64,000 bases of DNA from Burkholderiales bacterium. Lineage in GTDB: Bacteria; Pseudomonadota; Gammaproteobacteria; Burkholderiales; JAEUOS01. This document shows positions 45,520 through 56,466 of the stretch, in pieces. The first letter of the stretch is position 1. Every line of letters starts with the position of its first letter. The DNA lies in assembly GCA_031362865.1 (NCBI GenBank), contig JANLTH010000003.1:62848-126847 (forward strand), read 5' to 3'. The notes beneath the pieces were generated by a model. The model was not told where the DNA came from and did no database searches. It saw only the letters and a program-made list of their open reading frames with translations. The position numbers were made by a program, and so were the translations under genes.

Positions 45520-46158
45520 ATGGCAATCACACTGGCCTTAAGCAAGGGCCGCATCTTTGAAGAAACGCTGCCGCTCTTAGCCGCAGCCGGGATCGAGGTC
45601 AGCGAAGACCCCGAGCGTTCGCGCAAACTGATTTTGGGTACCTCGAACCCGCAGGTGCGCATCGTGATCGTACGCGCTTCCGATGTACCGACCTATGTGC
45701 AATATGGTGCCGCCGATTTGGGTGTGGCCGGCAAAGACATTTTGATCGAGCACGGCGGGCAAGGCCTGTATCAGCCCGTCGATCTGAATATCGGCTGCTG
45801 CAAGATGATGGTGGCCACCCGTCAGAATTTTGACTACGCCGCCGCTGTGCAACAGGGCGCGCGCTTGAAAGTTGCCACCAAGTTCATGAAGACTGCGCGC
45901 GATCACTTCGCGGCCAAAGGCGTTCACGTCGATCTCATCAAGCTCTACGGCTCGATGGAATTGGCGCCGTTGATGGGCCTTTCAGACGTGATCGTTGACA
46001 TTGTTTCGACCGGTGGCACGCTCAAAGCCAATAACTTGGTAGCGGTCGAGCACATCATGGACATTTCTGCGCGCTTGGTGGTCAATCAAGCGGCGTTGAA
46101 ACTCAAGCAGGCCCCAGTGCGTGCGCTGATCGAGGCGATTGAGGGTGCGGTGCGGTAA
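45520..46158 (+). CDS. hisG: ATP phosphoribosyltransferase, short form
   Basis: 212 aa. [20 protein letters not shown], first gene of the his operon. Confidence 0.9.
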   Translation: MAITLALSKGRIFEETLPLLAAAGIEVSEDPERSRKLILGTSNPQVRIVIVRASDVPTYVQYGAADLGVAGKDILIEHGGQGLYQPVDLNIGCCKMMVATRQNFDYAAAVQQGARLKVATKFMKTARDHFAAKGVHVDLIKLYGSMELAPLMGLSDVIVDIVSTGGTLKANNLVAVEHIMDISARLVVNQAALKLKQAPVRALIEAIEGAVR

Positions 46159-47459
46159 TGCTGAGCAAGCGCATTCGCCAACTGGATTCGCGCGCTGCTA
46201 ACTTCAGCGCACGATTGACTGAACTCACCCGCTTTGGCGCGCAGGACGATCCGGCGGTCGATCAAGTGGCAGCCACGATTCTGGCCGATGTCAAAGCGCG
46301 CGGAGATGCTGCTGTGCTCGACTGCACTGGCCGATTGGATGGCTGGAAACCAGCTACCATGGCGGCTCTTCAGCCATCTTCCGATGAAATTCAAGCGGCG
46401 TTGCAACGAATTTCAGCCCCGCAACGAGACGCACTTCAAGCCGCTGCCGCGCGAATTCGCAGCTACCACGAAAAGCAAAAGCAAGGCTCCTGGCGCTACA
46501 CCGAAGCCGATGGTACCGAGCTGGGCCAGCAAGTCACGGCGCTTGATCGGGTCGGCCTTTATGTGCCTGGAGGCAAGGCGTTTTATCCCTCTTCGCTGCT
46601 GATGAATGCGCTGCCCGCCAAGGTGGCAGGGGTGCGTGAAGTGGTGATGGTCTCGCCTTCAATGGGCGGCGTGATGAATGACTTGGTACTCGCGGCCGCT
46701 GCGATTGCGGGCGTTGACCAGATTTTTCGCATCGGCGGCGCACAGGCAGTGGGCGCACTGGCCTACGGCACAGCATCCATTCCGGCAGTGGACAAGATCG
46801 TCGGCCCCGGCAACGCCTATGTGGCGGCTGCCAAGCGCCGCGTATTTGGCGCGGTGGGCATCGACATGATCGCCGGGCCTTCCGAAATTTTGGTGATCGC
46901 CGACGGCTTGGCCAATCCCGACTGGGTGGCGATGGACCTTTTCAGCCAGGCTGAGCACGATGAGGTGGCGCAAGCGATTCTGCTCACGCCAGATGCGGCC
47001 TATTTGGCGCAGGTGGCAGCGGCAATTGACCGTTTGGTTGAAACCATGCCGCGCGCCGAGATCATTCGCGCCTCGCTGGTCAATCGTGGCGCGTTGATCC
47101 TCACACGTGACTTGACCGAGGCCTGCGAAATCGCCAATGAAATCGCGCCGGAGCATCTGGAACTCTCGGTGGCTGACCCTGACGCGCTGCTGCCCTTGAT
47201 CCGCCACGCGGGTGCGATTTTTATGGGCATCCATAGCTCTGAGTCGCTGGGCGATTACTGCGCCGGGCCAAATCACGTACTGCCCACCGCCCGCACGGCC
47301 CGCTTCTCGTCACCTTTAGGTGTGTACGATTTTCAGAAGCGCTCGTCCATCATCAAAATCTCGCGTGCCGGGGCCAGCACTTTGGGCCGGATCGCCGCGA
47401 CGCTTGCCCATGGCGAAATGCTGCCCGCCCACGCCCGCTCGGCTGAAATGAGGATATGA
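46158..47459 (+). CDS. hisD: histidinol dehydrogenase
   Basis: 433 aa. [13 protein letters not shown] and SQAEHD motifs. Confidence 0.95.
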   Translation: MLSKRIRQLDSRAANFSARLTELTRFGAQDDPAVDQVAATILADVKARGDAAVLDCTGRLDGWKPATMAALQPSSDEIQAALQRISAPQRDALQAAAARIRSYHEKQKQGSWRYTEADGTELGQQVTALDRVGLYVPGGKAFYPSSLLMNALPAKVAGVREVVMVSPSMGGVMNDLVLAAAAIAGVDQIFRIGGAQAVGALAYGTASIPAVDKIVGPGNAYVAAAKRRVFGAVGIDMIAGPSEILVIADGLANPDWVAMDLFSQAEHDEVAQAILLTPDAAYLAQVAAAIDRLVETMPRAEIIRASLVNRGALILTRDLTEACEIANEIAPEHLELSVADPDALLPLIRHAGAIFMGIHSSESLGDYCAGPNHVLPTARTARFSSPLGVYDFQKRSSIIKISRAGASTLGRIAATLAHGEMLPAHARSAEMRI

Positions 47460-48527
47460 ATGATCAACACCACCCACTCGATCCGCCCTGAATTTGCCGC
47501 CATGCACGCCTACCCCGTGTCGGACGCTACCGGCATGGTGAAGCTTGACGTGATGGAAAACCCTTACCGCTTGCCCGAATGGCTGGCGCAAGAAATCGGC
47601 GAGATCGCAGCCGCCGTGGCGTTGAATCGTTACCCAGTGCCCACCTCGCAAGCCTTGCGCGAGCGGGTGCGCGCGGTAGCCCATGTACCAGCCGGGTTTG
47701 AGGTGCTGCTGGGCACGGGCTCCGACGAATGCATCCAATACATCACGGCCGCGTGCGCCAAACCAGATGCGGTGGTGCTGGCGCCGGTGCCTTCGTTCGT
47801 GATGTACTCGATGCAAGCGCTGTTTTACCGTTGCAAGTTTGTTGGCGTGCCGCTACATGCAGATTTCACGCTCGACTTGACCTCGACGCTTGCGGCGATC
47901 AAGCGCGAGCGCCCCACTCTCACTTGGATTGCCTACCCGAATAACCCGACCGGTAATATTTTTTCTGCCGCTGAGGTGGAAGCCATCATCCGCGCCGCCG
48001 CACCCGGCTTGGTAGTGATTGACGAGGCTTACCAGCCTTTCGCGCGCGTTACCTTCATGGGGCGTTTGGCCGAGTTTGACAACCTGTGCGTGATGCGCAC
48101 CTTTTCCAAAGTCGGTTTGGCGGGCTTGCGCTTAGGCTATGTGGCAGGTGCGCCAGCATGGATCAATGAGCTCGACAAAGCCCGTTCACCTTTTAACACC
48201 AGCGTGATTACGCAGGCGATTGCCGACAAACTGTTGCAACACATGGACGTTTTTGAAGGCCAGTGCGCCAGTATCAGCGCTGAGCGCGAGACAGCACGCA
48301 GCGCACTGTCGGGGTTGCCCGGCGTGACCGCATTTCCATCGGCGGCCAACTTCATTCTGGCGCGCGTGCCCGACAGCAAAGCCACGTTTGACAAAATGCT
48401 GGGCCATCAGGTGTTGGTCAAAAATTTCGGCGGCGGGCATCCCCTCCTGGCTAATTGCCTGCGCCTGACCATCGGCACGCCAGACGAAAACCGTGCGATG
48501 ATTGCCGCCTTGGCCGCGTCGCTGTAG
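47460..48527 (+). CDS. hisC: histidinol-phosphate aminotransferase
   Basis: 355 aa. Class-II aminotransferase pattern with PLP-lysine context [15 protein letters not shown]. Confidence 0.9.
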   Translation: MINTTHSIRPEFAAMHAYPVSDATGMVKLDVMENPYRLPEWLAQEIGEIAAAVALNRYPVPTSQALRERVRAVAHVPAGFEVLLGTGSDECIQYITAACAKPDAVVLAPVPSFVMYSMQALFYRCKFVGVPLHADFTLDLTSTLAAIKRERPTLTWIAYPNNPTGNIFSAAEVEAIIRAAAPGLVVIDEAYQPFARVTFMGRLAEFDNLCVMRTFSKVGLAGLRLGYVAGAPAWINELDKARSPFNTSVITQAIADKLLQHMDVFEGQCASISAERETARSALSGLPGVTAFPSAANFILARVPDSKATFDKMLGHQVLVKNFGGGHPLLANCLRLTIGTPDENRAMIAALAASL

Positions 48528-48571
48528 AACAACTTCCAGCCTTACCGCTCACCCCTTACCCCTCGCCAACC

Positions 48572-49165
48572 ATGCGCACCGCCGAAGTCACCCGCAACAC
48601 GCTTGAAACGCAAATCCGCGTGGTTGTCAATCTGGACGGTTCGGGCAAACAATCGCTCAACACCGGCGTGCCCTTTCTTGACCACATGCTGGACCAAATC
48701 GCGCGCCACGGCCTGATTGATCTGGAGGTTGAAGCCAAAGGCGACCTGCACATCGACGCGCACCACACGGTGGAAGACATCGGCATCACGCTGGGCCAGG
48801 CAGTCGCACGTGCGATGGGCGAGAAAACCGGCATTCGCCGCTACGGCCATGCCTACGTGCCGCTGGACGAAGCGCTGTCACGGGTGGTGATCGATTTTTC
48901 AGGCCGTCCAGGGCTGGAATTTCATGTGCCCTTCAAACGCGCGATGATCGGTGCCTTTGATGTGGACCTGACCCATGAATTTTTTCAAGGCTTCGTCAAT
49001 CACGCGCTGGTTTCGCTGCATATCGACAACCTGCGCGGCGAAAACGCCCATCACCAATGCGAAACCGTCTTCAAAGCCTTCGGACGCGCCTTGCGCATGG
49101 CGGTTGAACTTGATCCGCGCGCGGCGGGCACGGTGCCCTCCACAAAAGGCACGCTGACCGGTTGA
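48572..49165 (+). CDS. hisB: imidazoleglycerol-phosphate dehydratase
   Basis: [13 protein letters not shown] and [11 protein letters not shown] motifs. ATG at 48572. Confidence 0.9.
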   Translation: MRTAEVTRNTLETQIRVVVNLDGSGKQSLNTGVPFLDHMLDQIARHGLIDLEVEAKGDLHIDAHHTVEDIGITLGQAVARAMGEKTGIRRYGHAYVPLDEALSRVVIDFSGRPGLEFHVPFKRAMIGAFDVDLTHEFFQGFVNHALVSLHIDNLRGENAHHQCETVFKAFGRALRMAVELDPRAAGTVPSTKGTLTG

Positions 49166-49178
49166 AGGGCTGCTCGCC

Positions 49179-49847
49179 ATGCGCATCGCGGTAATCGACT
49201 ATGGAATGGGCAACCTGCGCTCGGCGGCACAGGCGATGCGCCGGGTCGCGCCACACGTGACCGTTGAAATCACAGCTGACGTTGCCGTCATCAAGGCCGC
49301 CGACCGCGTGATCTTTCCCGGTCAGGGCGCGATGCCCGATTGCATGGGCGAAATGCGCCGCTCCGGCCTTGAGGAAGCAGTGCGCCACGCCGCTCTCAAC
49401 AAGCCATTTCTTGGCATTTGCATCGGCATGCAAATGCTGTTTGATGAAAGCGAAGAAGCCCATCCGCCTGAACCGGGCCAGCCCAACACCGGTACTGCCG
49501 GACTCGGTATTTTCAAGGGGAGGGTGCGCCGCTTTCCGCATGAGTGCATGCTGAGCCTTAGTGGCGAACGCCTCAAAGTGCCGCACATGGGCTGGAATAA
49601 TGTGATCCAAGCCGAACCGACGCATACGCTCTGGCAAGGCATCGCCTCCGGCGCGCGCTTTTACTTTGTGCACAGCTACTTCCCCGACCCTTTGAACCCA
49701 GTCGAGTCAACCGCCGCTGCCGACTATCCGTTTCGTTTCACCTGTGCAGTGGCTCGCGATAACATTTTTGGCGTACAGTTTCATCCTGAAAAAAGCCACG
49801 ACGCTGGCTTGACGCTGTTGGCAAATTTTGCGCGTTGGAATCCATAA
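49179..49847 (+). CDS. hisH: imidazole glycerol phosphate synthase, glutamine amidotransferase subunit
   Basis: IAVIDYGMGNLRS, the GICIGMQ catalytic Cys, and the VQFHPEKS His/Glu. Confidence 0.9.
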   Translation: MRIAVIDYGMGNLRSAAQAMRRVAPHVTVEITADVAVIKAADRVIFPGQGAMPDCMGEMRRSGLEEAVRHAALNKPFLGICIGMQMLFDESEEAHPPEPGQPNTGTAGLGIFKGRVRRFPHECMLSLSGERLKVPHMGWNNVIQAEPTHTLWQGIASGARFYFVHSYFPDPLNPVESTAAADYPFRFTCAVARDNIFGVQFHPEKSHDAGLTLLANFARWNP

Positions 49848-49874
49848 TTCATCCCACCTCAAGCTCGGTGTCCT

Positions 49875-50630
49875 ATGCTCATCATTCCCGCGATTGATTT
49901 GAAAGACGGTCATTGCGTTCGCCTTAAGCAAGGCGACATGAATGAGGCCACCGTGTTTTCTGAAGACCCGGGCGCGATGGCGCAGCACTGGCTCGACCAG
50001 GGCGCGAGGCGCTTGCATTTGGTCGACTTGAATGGTGCGTTCGCTGGCAAACCGAAGAATGAGGCGGCCATCAAAGCGATTTGCCGGGTGATCGGCGACA
50101 AAATTCCGGTGCAATTGGGCGGCGGCATCCGCGACCTAGATACGGTGGAGCGTTGCTTGGACGACGGCCTGAGCTATGTGATTATCGGCACCGCTGCGGT
50201 GAAAAATCCGGGCTTTTTGCACGATGCCTGCGGCGCTTTTCCGGGGCAGATCATTGTCGGCCTCGACGCTAAAGACGGCAAAGTAGCCACCGACGGCTGG
50301 AGCAAACTCACCGGCCACGACGTGATTGATCTGGCAAAAAAATTTGAGGACTACGGCGCTGAAGCCATCATCTACACCGACATTGGCCGTGACGGCATGC
50401 TCTCGGGTGTCAATCTTGAGGCCACCGTGCGCCTGGCGCAAGCGATGCGCATTCCTGTGATTGCCTCCGGCGGTATTGCGACTTTGAAGGACGTGACCGA
50501 CCTTTGTGCGGTCGAGAGCGAAGGCATCATCGGTGCCATCGCCGGGCGGTCGCTCTATGAAGGCACGCTCGATTTGAGGCTGGCGCAAATAGAGGCGGAT
50601 CGTCTTGGCGGCTTTTCCGGTTCAAAGTAG
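49875..50630 (+). CDS. hisA: 1-(5-phosphoribosyl)-5-[(5-phosphoribosylamino)methylideneamino]imidazole-4-carboxamide isomerase
   Basis: [17 protein letters not shown] and a TIM-barrel HisA pattern. Confidence 0.9.
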   Translation: MLIIPAIDLKDGHCVRLKQGDMNEATVFSEDPGAMAQHWLDQGARRLHLVDLNGAFAGKPKNEAAIKAICRVIGDKIPVQLGGGIRDLDTVERCLDDGLSYVIIGTAAVKNPGFLHDACGAFPGQIIVGLDAKDGKVATDGWSKLTGHDVIDLAKKFEDYGAEAIIYTDIGRDGMLSGVNLEATVRLAQAMRIPVIASGGIATLKDVTDLCAVESEGIIGAIAGRSLYEGTLDLRLAQIEADRLGGFSGSK

Positions 50631-51389
50631 ATGCTTGCCAAACGCATCATCCCTTGTCTCGACGTCACCGCTGGTCGCGTGGTCAAGGGCGTTTCGTTCG
50701 TCAACCTGCGCGACGCCGGTGACCCAGTCGAGATCGCCCAGCGCTACAACGATCAAGGCGCGGATGAGCTCACTTTTCTCGACATCACCGCCTCGTCTGA
50801 TGGGCGCGATCTGATCCTGCACATCATCGAGGCGGTTGCCTCGCAAGTTTTCATTCCGCTCACCGTCGGTGGTGGTGTGCGCAAGGTCGAAGACGTGCGG
50901 CGGCTCTTGAACGCCGGGGCCGACAAAATCAGCATCAACACCAGCGCGGTGCAAAATCCGCTGTTGGTGGCTGCGGCGGCGGCCAAGCATGGCTCGCAAT
51001 GCATCGTGGTGGCAATTGATGCCAAACAGTCTGCGCCTGGCAAATGGGAAGTTTTTACCCATGGCGGGCGCAATGCCACGGGCATGGATGCGGTTACGTG
51101 GGCCGAGCGCGTTACTGCCCTGGGCGCAGGCGAAATCCTGCTCACCAGCATGGACCGCGATGGGCGGAAAACTGGTTTCGACTTGGGCCTGACGCGCGCT
51201 GTGAGCGACGCGGTCACGATTCCGGTGATCGCCTCGGGCGGTGTCGGCAATCTCGATCATTTGGCTGACGGCGTGACTGAAGGCCATGCCGATGCGGTGC
51301 TGGCCGCGTCGATCTTCCATTTTGGGGAATACACCGTGCGCCAAGCCAAGGAAGTGATGGCAGCGCGCGGCATCGAGGTGCGCCTTTAA
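50631..51389 (+). CDS. hisF: imidazole glycerol phosphate synthase, cyclase subunit
   Basis: [17 protein letters not shown] and the SGGVG motif. Confidence 0.95.
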   Translation: MLAKRIIPCLDVTAGRVVKGVSFVNLRDAGDPVEIAQRYNDQGADELTFLDITASSDGRDLILHIIEAVASQVFIPLTVGGGVRKVEDVRRLLNAGADKISINTSAVQNPLLVAAAAAKHGSQCIVVAIDAKQSAPGKWEVFTHGGRNATGMDAVTWAERVTALGAGEILLTSMDRDGRKTGFDLGLTRAVSDAVTIPVIASGGVGNLDHLADGVTEGHADAVLAASIFHFGEYTVRQAKEVMAARGIEVRL

Positions 51390-51790
51390 TGTCGGTTAAA
51401 ACGCAGTGGCTCAACAAAGTGAAGTGGGACGATCAAGGCCTGGTGCCGGTGATCGCCCAGGAGTTTGGCTCCAACAAGGTGCTGATGTTCGCCTGGATGA
51501 ATCGTGATGCGCTGGCCAAAACCGTGGCAAGCAACGAAGCGGTCTACTGGTCGCGCTCACGCAAGAAACTGTGGCACAAGGGTGAGGAGTCTGGGCACTT
51601 TCAGAAGGTGCGTGAAATTCGCCTCGATTGCGACGAAGATGTTGTACTGCTCACGGTGGAGCAAGTCGGCGGCATCGCTTGCCACACCGGGCGGCACAAT
51701 TGCTTCTTCCAGAAACTCGACAACGGTGAATGGCAAGTGACCGATCCAGTCGTCAAACCCGCCACCGACATCTACCCGAAAATTAAATAG
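51389..51790 (+). CDS. hisI: phosphoribosyl-AMP cyclohydrolase
   Basis: GLVPVIAQ.......LMFAWMN..AL..T and the CHTG....CF motif. Confidence 0.9.
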   Translation: MSVKTQWLNKVKWDDQGLVPVIAQEFGSNKVLMFAWMNRDALAKTVASNEAVYWSRSRKKLWHKGEESGHFQKVREIRLDCDEDVVLLTVEQVGGIACHTGRHNCFFQKLDNGEWQVTDPVVKPATDIYPKIK

Positions 51791-51805
51791 GGACAGTCCC
51801 TATTT
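51782..51805. repeat. 24-nt AT-rich palindromic motif ATTAAATAGGGACAGTCCCTATTT, copy 2
   Basis: Identical to 19514..19537. Here it contains the hisI stop codon TAG and fills most of the 25-bp hisI-hisE gap. Confidence 0.8.
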
Positions 51806-51815
51806 ATTACCTTCC

Positions 51816-52196
51816 ATGACCGCTACTGACACGCTTGCCCGACTTGCCGCTGTGATCGAATCCCGAAAAGGGAAGAGCCCTGAAGAGTCATATGTGGCGC
51901 GGCTCTTCAGCAAAGGTGATGATGCGATTCTGAAGAAAATCGGTGAAGAGGCGACCGAAGTGGTGATGGCTGCCAAAGACGGTGATCGGCAGAAAATCGT
52001 CTATGAATTTGCCGATTTGTGGTTTCACAGTTTGATTGCATTGGCGCACTATGGTTTGAAACCGCAAGACGTGCTCGATGAACTTGCGCGCCGCGAAGGG
52101 CTCTCAGGCTTGGAGGAGCAGGCTTTGCGAGCGGTGCAGGCGCGAGAAGTGAACGAGACAAATCAGGTTAGTTTGGCCCAAGGGGACAGCCGATGA
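51816..52196 (+). CDS. hisE: phosphoribosyl-ATP pyrophosphatase
   Basis: [23 protein letters not shown] and ADLWFH motifs. Confidence 0.9.
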   Translation: MTATDTLARLAAVIESRKGKSPEESYVARLFSKGDDAILKKIGEEATEVVMAAKDGDRQKIVYEFADLWFHSLIALAHYGLKPQDVLDELARREGLSGLEEQALRAVQAREVNETNQVSLAQGDSR

Positions 52197-52573
52197 GCGG
52201 TGCGACCCACGACCCGGATTGCATTTTTTGCAAAATTATCGCGGGCACGATTCCATCGAAGAAGGTGTACGAAGACGAGCATTTGTTCGCCTTTCACGAT
52301 ATCAACCCGGCAGCGCCGGTTCACATTCTCATCATCCCCAAACGCCATCTCGCCACGCTCTTTGATACCACCGGGGCCGAGCACGACCTCTTGGGTAGAA
52401 TGCTGGGCTTGGCTCCGCGTTTGGCCGAACAGCACGGCGCGTCTGGCGGGTTTCGCACCGTCATTAACACCGGGCACGACGGCGGGCAGGAGGTTTACCA
52501 CCTGCACATGCATGTGATGGGTGGGCCGCGCCCTTGGAAACGGCCCGTCAATGAACGCGCCGGAACGCAATAA
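52193..52573 (+). CDS. histidine triad nucleotide-binding protein (HinT-like)
   Basis: CIFCKII.G.IPS and the histidine triad HLHMHVMGG. Confidence 0.85.
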   Translation: MSGATHDPDCIFCKIIAGTIPSKKVYEDEHLFAFHDINPAAPVHILIIPKRHLATLFDTTGAEHDLLGRMLGLAPRLAEQHGASGGFRTVINTGHDGGQEVYHLHMHVMGGPRPWKRPVNERAGTQ

Positions 52574-52597
52574 CATTTTTGGATTTGGAGAAGCGTC

Positions 52598-52822
52598 ATG
52601 GGATCATTTAGTGTGTGGCACTGGTTAATTGTGCTCGTGATTGTGCTGCTGGTGTTTGGCACCAAGAAGCTGCGCAATCTGGGTGGCGATTTGGGCGGGG
52701 CCGTCAAAGGTTTCAAAGACGGCATGAAAGAAGGCACGTCGAGTGATGCTGCCAAACCTGCTGATGCGGCAAAAATGGGTCAGACGATTGATGTCAAAGC
52801 CGAGGAAAAGGCGAAGGTTTGA
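52598..52822 (+). CDS. tatA: twin-arginine translocase subunit TatA
   Basis: [32 protein letters not shown] is the canonical TatA/E N-terminus. Confidence 0.9.
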   Translation: MGSFSVWHWLIVLVIVLLVFGTKKLRNLGGDLGGAVKGFKDGMKEGTSSDAAKPADAAKMGQTIDVKAEEKAKV

Positions 52823-52927
52823 CTAGAGACGTAAGGGTTAGGCGTGAGGGAAGAGGTGGCCCCCTTGGTTGCCTGCATTGACGCGCTACGCCCCTAACAC
52901 CTCACTTTTCACTCCTTACCCGCATCC

Positions 52928-53395
52928 ATGTTTGATATCGGTTTTTCCGAAATGATGGTGATCGGCGTGGTTGCGCTGATCGTGCTGGGCCCAGAGAAGC
53001 TGCCGCGTGTCGCGCGTACCGTCGGCGCGCTGCTCGGGCGCATGCAGCGTTACGTCACCGACGTGAAGGCCGACATCAACCGCGAGATAGATCTGTCGGA
53101 CTTGAAAAAGGTGCAGACTGAAGTCAAGGACGCAGCACAGTCGTTCGAGTCCACCATGCGCGACATGAACACGACGATTCAAGGCCAGGTTAGCGATTTG
53201 AATTCGTCGCTGAACCAGAATCTGAGCCCGGAATCACTCGCCAAGGCTGAATCGGATATCGCCGCGCAAACCACGCAGTTGGCAGCCGTAGCGCCCGAGT
53301 TGCCACCGGTTGATTCTTCCTCCTTCTCGCAAGATTTTCCCCCGCCGGTTGCAGAAGCGGTGGCCAGCACCGGTCGCAATCAGGATTGGCGTTAA
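52928..53395 (+). CDS. tatB: twin-arginine translocase subunit TatB
   Basis: MFDIGFSEMMVIGVVALIVLGPEKLP.VAR is the canonical TatB N-terminus. Confidence 0.9.
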   Translation: MFDIGFSEMMVIGVVALIVLGPEKLPRVARTVGALLGRMQRYVTDVKADINREIDLSDLKKVQTEVKDAAQSFESTMRDMNTTIQGQVSDLNSSLNQNLSPESLAKAESDIAAQTTQLAAVAPELPPVDSSSFSQDFPPPVAEAVASTGRNQDWR

Positions 53396-53427
53396 AGCCC
53401 GCCGCTATAGCCCTCCGTTAGAGCCCC

Positions 53428-54216
53428 ATGAGCGACACCCCCGCCGACCAACAAGATTCTTTCATCTCGCATTTAGTCGAGCTGCGCGACCGGCTGCTGC
53501 GCGCATTGGTGGCGGTCATTGTGGTGTTCATCGGCCTGTCGATCTGGCCGGGCATGGGGGGCGTGTACGACTTTCTTGCCTACCCACTGCTCAAGGCGCT
53601 GCCCGAAGGTACGAAGATGATCGCCACGGGTGTGGTTTCCCCATTCCTGGTGCCGGTCAAAGTCACCATGATGGCCGCGTTTTTCATCGCGATGCCAGTG
53701 GTGCTCTACCAAGCCTGGAAGTTTGTCGCACCAGGCTTGTATGCGCATGAAAAGCGCTTTGGCTTGCCCTTGGTGATCGGCTCGACCTTGTTGTTTTTTG
53801 CTGGCGTGGCTTACTGCTATTTTGTGGTGTTCGGCATGGCTTTTGAGGCGATTCACAAATTCGCGCCCAAAAGCATTACGCCCGCGCCGGATATTGAGGC
53901 TTACCTGAGTTTTGTTATCACCATGTTTGTGGCCTTCGGTGTGACGTTCGAAATTCCTTTGGTGCAGGTGATCCTTGTTCACATGAACATGGTCACGGTA
54001 GAAAAGCTGAGGGAAATTCGCTCTTATGTGATCGTCGGCGCGTTTGTGATTGCCGCAGTGGTCACGCCGCCCGATGTGGTCTCGCAACTGCTGCTGGCGA
54101 TTCCGATGTGCCTGCTCTACGAAGCCGGGATTCTGCTTTCCGGCGTGGTGGACAAACTCTTTGGCAAGCGCAAAACGCGCGCGGAAGCAGCGGCTGCTGA
54201 TCAAGCGCCGTCATAG
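53428..54216 (+). CDS. tatC: twin-arginine translocase subunit TatC
   Basis: 262 aa with six TM segments. HL.ELR.RL N-terminus and the TPPD motif. Confidence 0.9.
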   Translation: MSDTPADQQDSFISHLVELRDRLLRALVAVIVVFIGLSIWPGMGGVYDFLAYPLLKALPEGTKMIATGVVSPFLVPVKVTMMAAFFIAMPVVLYQAWKFVAPGLYAHEKRFGLPLVIGSTLLFFAGVAYCYFVVFGMAFEAIHKFAPKSITPAPDIEAYLSFVITMFVAFGVTFEIPLVQVILVHMNMVTVEKLREIRSYVIVGAFVIAAVVTPPDVVSQLLLAIPMCLLYEAGILLSGVVDKLFGKRKTRAEAAAADQAPS

Positions 54217-54225
54217 AGCCACAAT

Positions 54226-54391
54226 CCTAGCGTAGGGTTGCACACTTAACGCGACCTAAAAATGCGTCTTTTCCGCCGACTCGTCGTTGCAAATACTCGT
54301 CATAGTGGAACTATGACTGTGCTTTGCTCCTCGATTTGACGAAAAATCCATCATTTTTATAAGTCGCAAACAGCGTGCAACACTACACTAG
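54226..54391. repeat. 166-bp imperfect palindromic intergenic element, copy B (inverted relative to copy A)
   Basis: Reverse complement matches 9030..9195 with the same central hairpin GTCATAGTGGAACTATGAC. Abuts the tatC stop region and overlaps the stop codon of the ORF at 54388. Confidence 0.85.
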
Positions 54392-54822
54392 AGCGTCTCC
54401 GAATTCATCGGCGTTTGTTCTTTACCGAATTCGACCAGTTTGCCCAGCACGAATTTGCGCACCACTAGTGGCAGCGGTTTGGAGTCGTCGAGAAAGCGCT
54501 TGAGCACACGGTCGATATCAAATGCGCCGCCGTCCACCAAGATGGCCGCGCTCGAACCGCCGTCCGACAGCGTATCGCCGTCTTTGCTCACCTTGTGATG
54601 GTGAAAGCCGGTTTCTTTTTTCCAGCCCAAGGCACGTTGATTACGGCGGATGTCGTAGCAAAGCTGTAAGGCCACGAACTCGCGATTGGCACTCGAATCG
54701 CTTTTGTCGTCGTGCTTCATGTACCAGAGGAACAAGTCGAAATAGTCGCTCTGATACCAGCGTCGCTTTGGTGCGCTCTTGCCGTCACCGGCTTGTTTGC
54801 TGATGTTGATTTCGCGAAACAA
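54388..54822 (-). CDS. hypothetical protein
   Basis: 144-aa ORF with no motif I recognise. A coherent charged/soluble composition, in the variable region after tatC. Confidence 0.45.
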   Translation of the reverse strand: MFREINISKQAGDGKSAPKRRWYQSDYFDLFLWYMKHDDKSDSSANREFVALQLCYDIRRNQRALGWKKETGFHHHKVSKDGDTLSDGGSSAAILVDGGAFDIDRVLKRFLDDSKPLPLVVRKFVLGKLVEFGKEQTPMNSETL

Positions 54823-54934
54823 GACCCTCTCCCCAAGGCGCTTGTGATGACACTACTTTACGCCACTTCCTGCGCGAATGCTCAAGAGGTTTGAGGGTTC
54901 GCAGCAAAGTCAGCTTGTGTAACATCTGCCGACT

Positions 54935-56401
54935 ATGGAATCTTCCGATCACGAAACCAAGCCAGCCGACGTCGTCATCGTCGGCGCGGGCATTTCCGGC
55001 ATTGGCGCGGCTTACCACCTGCAAACCCAGTGCCCAGGCTTGCGCTATGTGATCCTCGAAGGGCGGGAGGCCATCGGCGGTACTTGGGACTTGTTCCGCT
55101 ACCCTGGCATTCGCTCCGATTCCGATATGTACACCCTGGGCTACGCTTTCAAGCCGTGGCGGGGCGCGAAGGCGATTGCGGACGGCCCGGCGATTCGCGA
55201 CTACGTGCAAGAGACCGCCCGAGAATTCGGCATCGAGCGGCATATTCGTTTCGGGCAGCGCGTCGCTCGCGCCGAGTGGTCCTCTGAAGAAGCGCTCTGG
55301 ACGGTCTTCTTCAGCCATTCTCAGAGTGGGGCGCAGCGCCTGCAATGCCGTTTTCTCTTTATGTGCAGTGGCTACTACGATTACGCAGGCGGCTATGCGC
55401 CCCAGTTTCCAGGAAAGGAAAGCTTCGCTGGGCGCATCGTTCACCCACAACAATGGTCTGCGGACATCGACTACAAAGGGAGACGTGTGGTTGTCATTGG
55501 CAGTGGGGCCACGGCTGTGACGCTTGTGCCCGAAATGGCGAAACAGGCGGCGCACGTGACCATGCTGCAACGCTCACCCAGCTATGTGGTGGCGCGCCCG
55601 TCGGTAGACGCGGTTGCCGGCTGGCTCAAGCGCAAGTTGCCCGAGCGCACCGCCTATGCGCTCACGCGCTGGAAAAATCTGCTCATGGCGATGTATTTCT
55701 TCAGCCTGTGTCGCCGCAAACCCGACAAGGCGCGCGGCATGCTGCTGGGGGAGTTGCGCAAAACCATGGGGCCGAATTTCGATATCGCGACCCACTTCAC
55801 GCCGCGTTACAACCCTTGGGAGCAACGCCTGTGTCTGTTGCCTGACGGCGACCTGCTGCGCGCCATCAAGGCGAAAACCGTCTCGGTCGTCACAGACCAA
55901 ATCGCCCAGTTCACACCGGGCGGCATCCTGCTGGCCTCGGGGCAGGAGCTACCCGCCGACTTGATTGTCACCGCCACTGGCCTGAAGCTGCAAATGCTGG
56001 GTGGCATGGAAGTGGTGGTGGACGGCGCGCCAGTCGATGCGGCGCAATGCTTCAACTACAAAGGCTTGATGTACAGCGACGTACCCAATTTCGCGGTCTC
56101 CTTCGGCTACACCAATGCGTCATGGACGCTCAAGGTTGATCTCACTGCCGCCTACGTGTGCCGCGTGCTCAATCACATGGAGAAAACCGGGGCCAGGCGC
56201 GTTGTGCCGCGATTGCCTGACGCGGGTGTCACCGCAGAGCCTTGGGTTGATTTTTCGTCTGGCTACTTCCAGCGCTCCTTGCACCTCTTGCCCAAGCAAG
56301 GCTCAAAAAAACCGTGGAAGCTCTACCAAAACTACCTGAAGGACTTACTCGCCCTGCGCTACGGATCGCTGGAGGATGGCGCGCTGGAGTACACGCGGTA
56401 G
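54935..56401 (+). CDS. flavin-dependent Baeyer-Villiger-type monooxygenase (EthA-like)
   Basis: FAD motif VVIVGAGISGIGAA, BVMO fingerprint FAGRIVHPQQW (FxGxxxHxxxW), and a second dinucleotide motif VVVIGSGATAV. Confidence 0.85.
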   Translation: MESSDHETKPADVVIVGAGISGIGAAYHLQTQCPGLRYVILEGREAIGGTWDLFRYPGIRSDSDMYTLGYAFKPWRGAKAIADGPAIRDYVQETAREFGIERHIRFGQRVARAEWSSEEALWTVFFSHSQSGAQRLQCRFLFMCSGYYDYAGGYAPQFPGKESFAGRIVHPQQWSADIDYKGRRVVVIGSGATAVTLVPEMAKQAAHVTMLQRSPSYVVARPSVDAVAGWLKRKLPERTAYALTRWKNLLMAMYFFSLCRRKPDKARGMLLGELRKTMGPNFDIATHFTPRYNPWEQRLCLLPDGDLLRAIKAKTVSVVTDQIAQFTPGGILLASGQELPADLIVTATGLKLQMLGGMEVVVDGAPVDAAQCFNYKGLMYSDVPNFAVSFGYTNASWTLKVDLTAAYVCRVLNHMEKTGARRVVPRLPDAGVTAEPWVDFSSGYFQRSLHLLPKQGSKKPWKLYQNYLKDLLALRYGSLEDGALEYTR

Positions 56402-56438
56402 CCTGCACGGCTTTGATAGATTGCCTCAAGAAGCTTAT

Positions 56439-56462
56439 GTGTTGCGCTTCTTCAGGCAACAC
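56439..56462. terminator. hairpin GTGTTGC-N10-GCAACAC between convergent genes
   Basis: 7-bp stem. With the downstream flank it shares the 15-mer GCAACACTACACTAG with the end of the 166-bp element copy B (54377..54391). Confidence 0.5.
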
Positions 56463-56466
56463 TACA

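Noticed and set aside
52823-52927. Imperfect inverted repeat (GTAAGGGTTAGGCGTGAGGG ... CCCCTAACACCTCAC...CTCCTTAC) between tatA and tatB, with a related string near 48536-48570
   Set aside because: The pairing is too imperfect and the copies too divergent for me to define a repeat family or a function by eye. It is noted only as a possible degenerate REP remnant.
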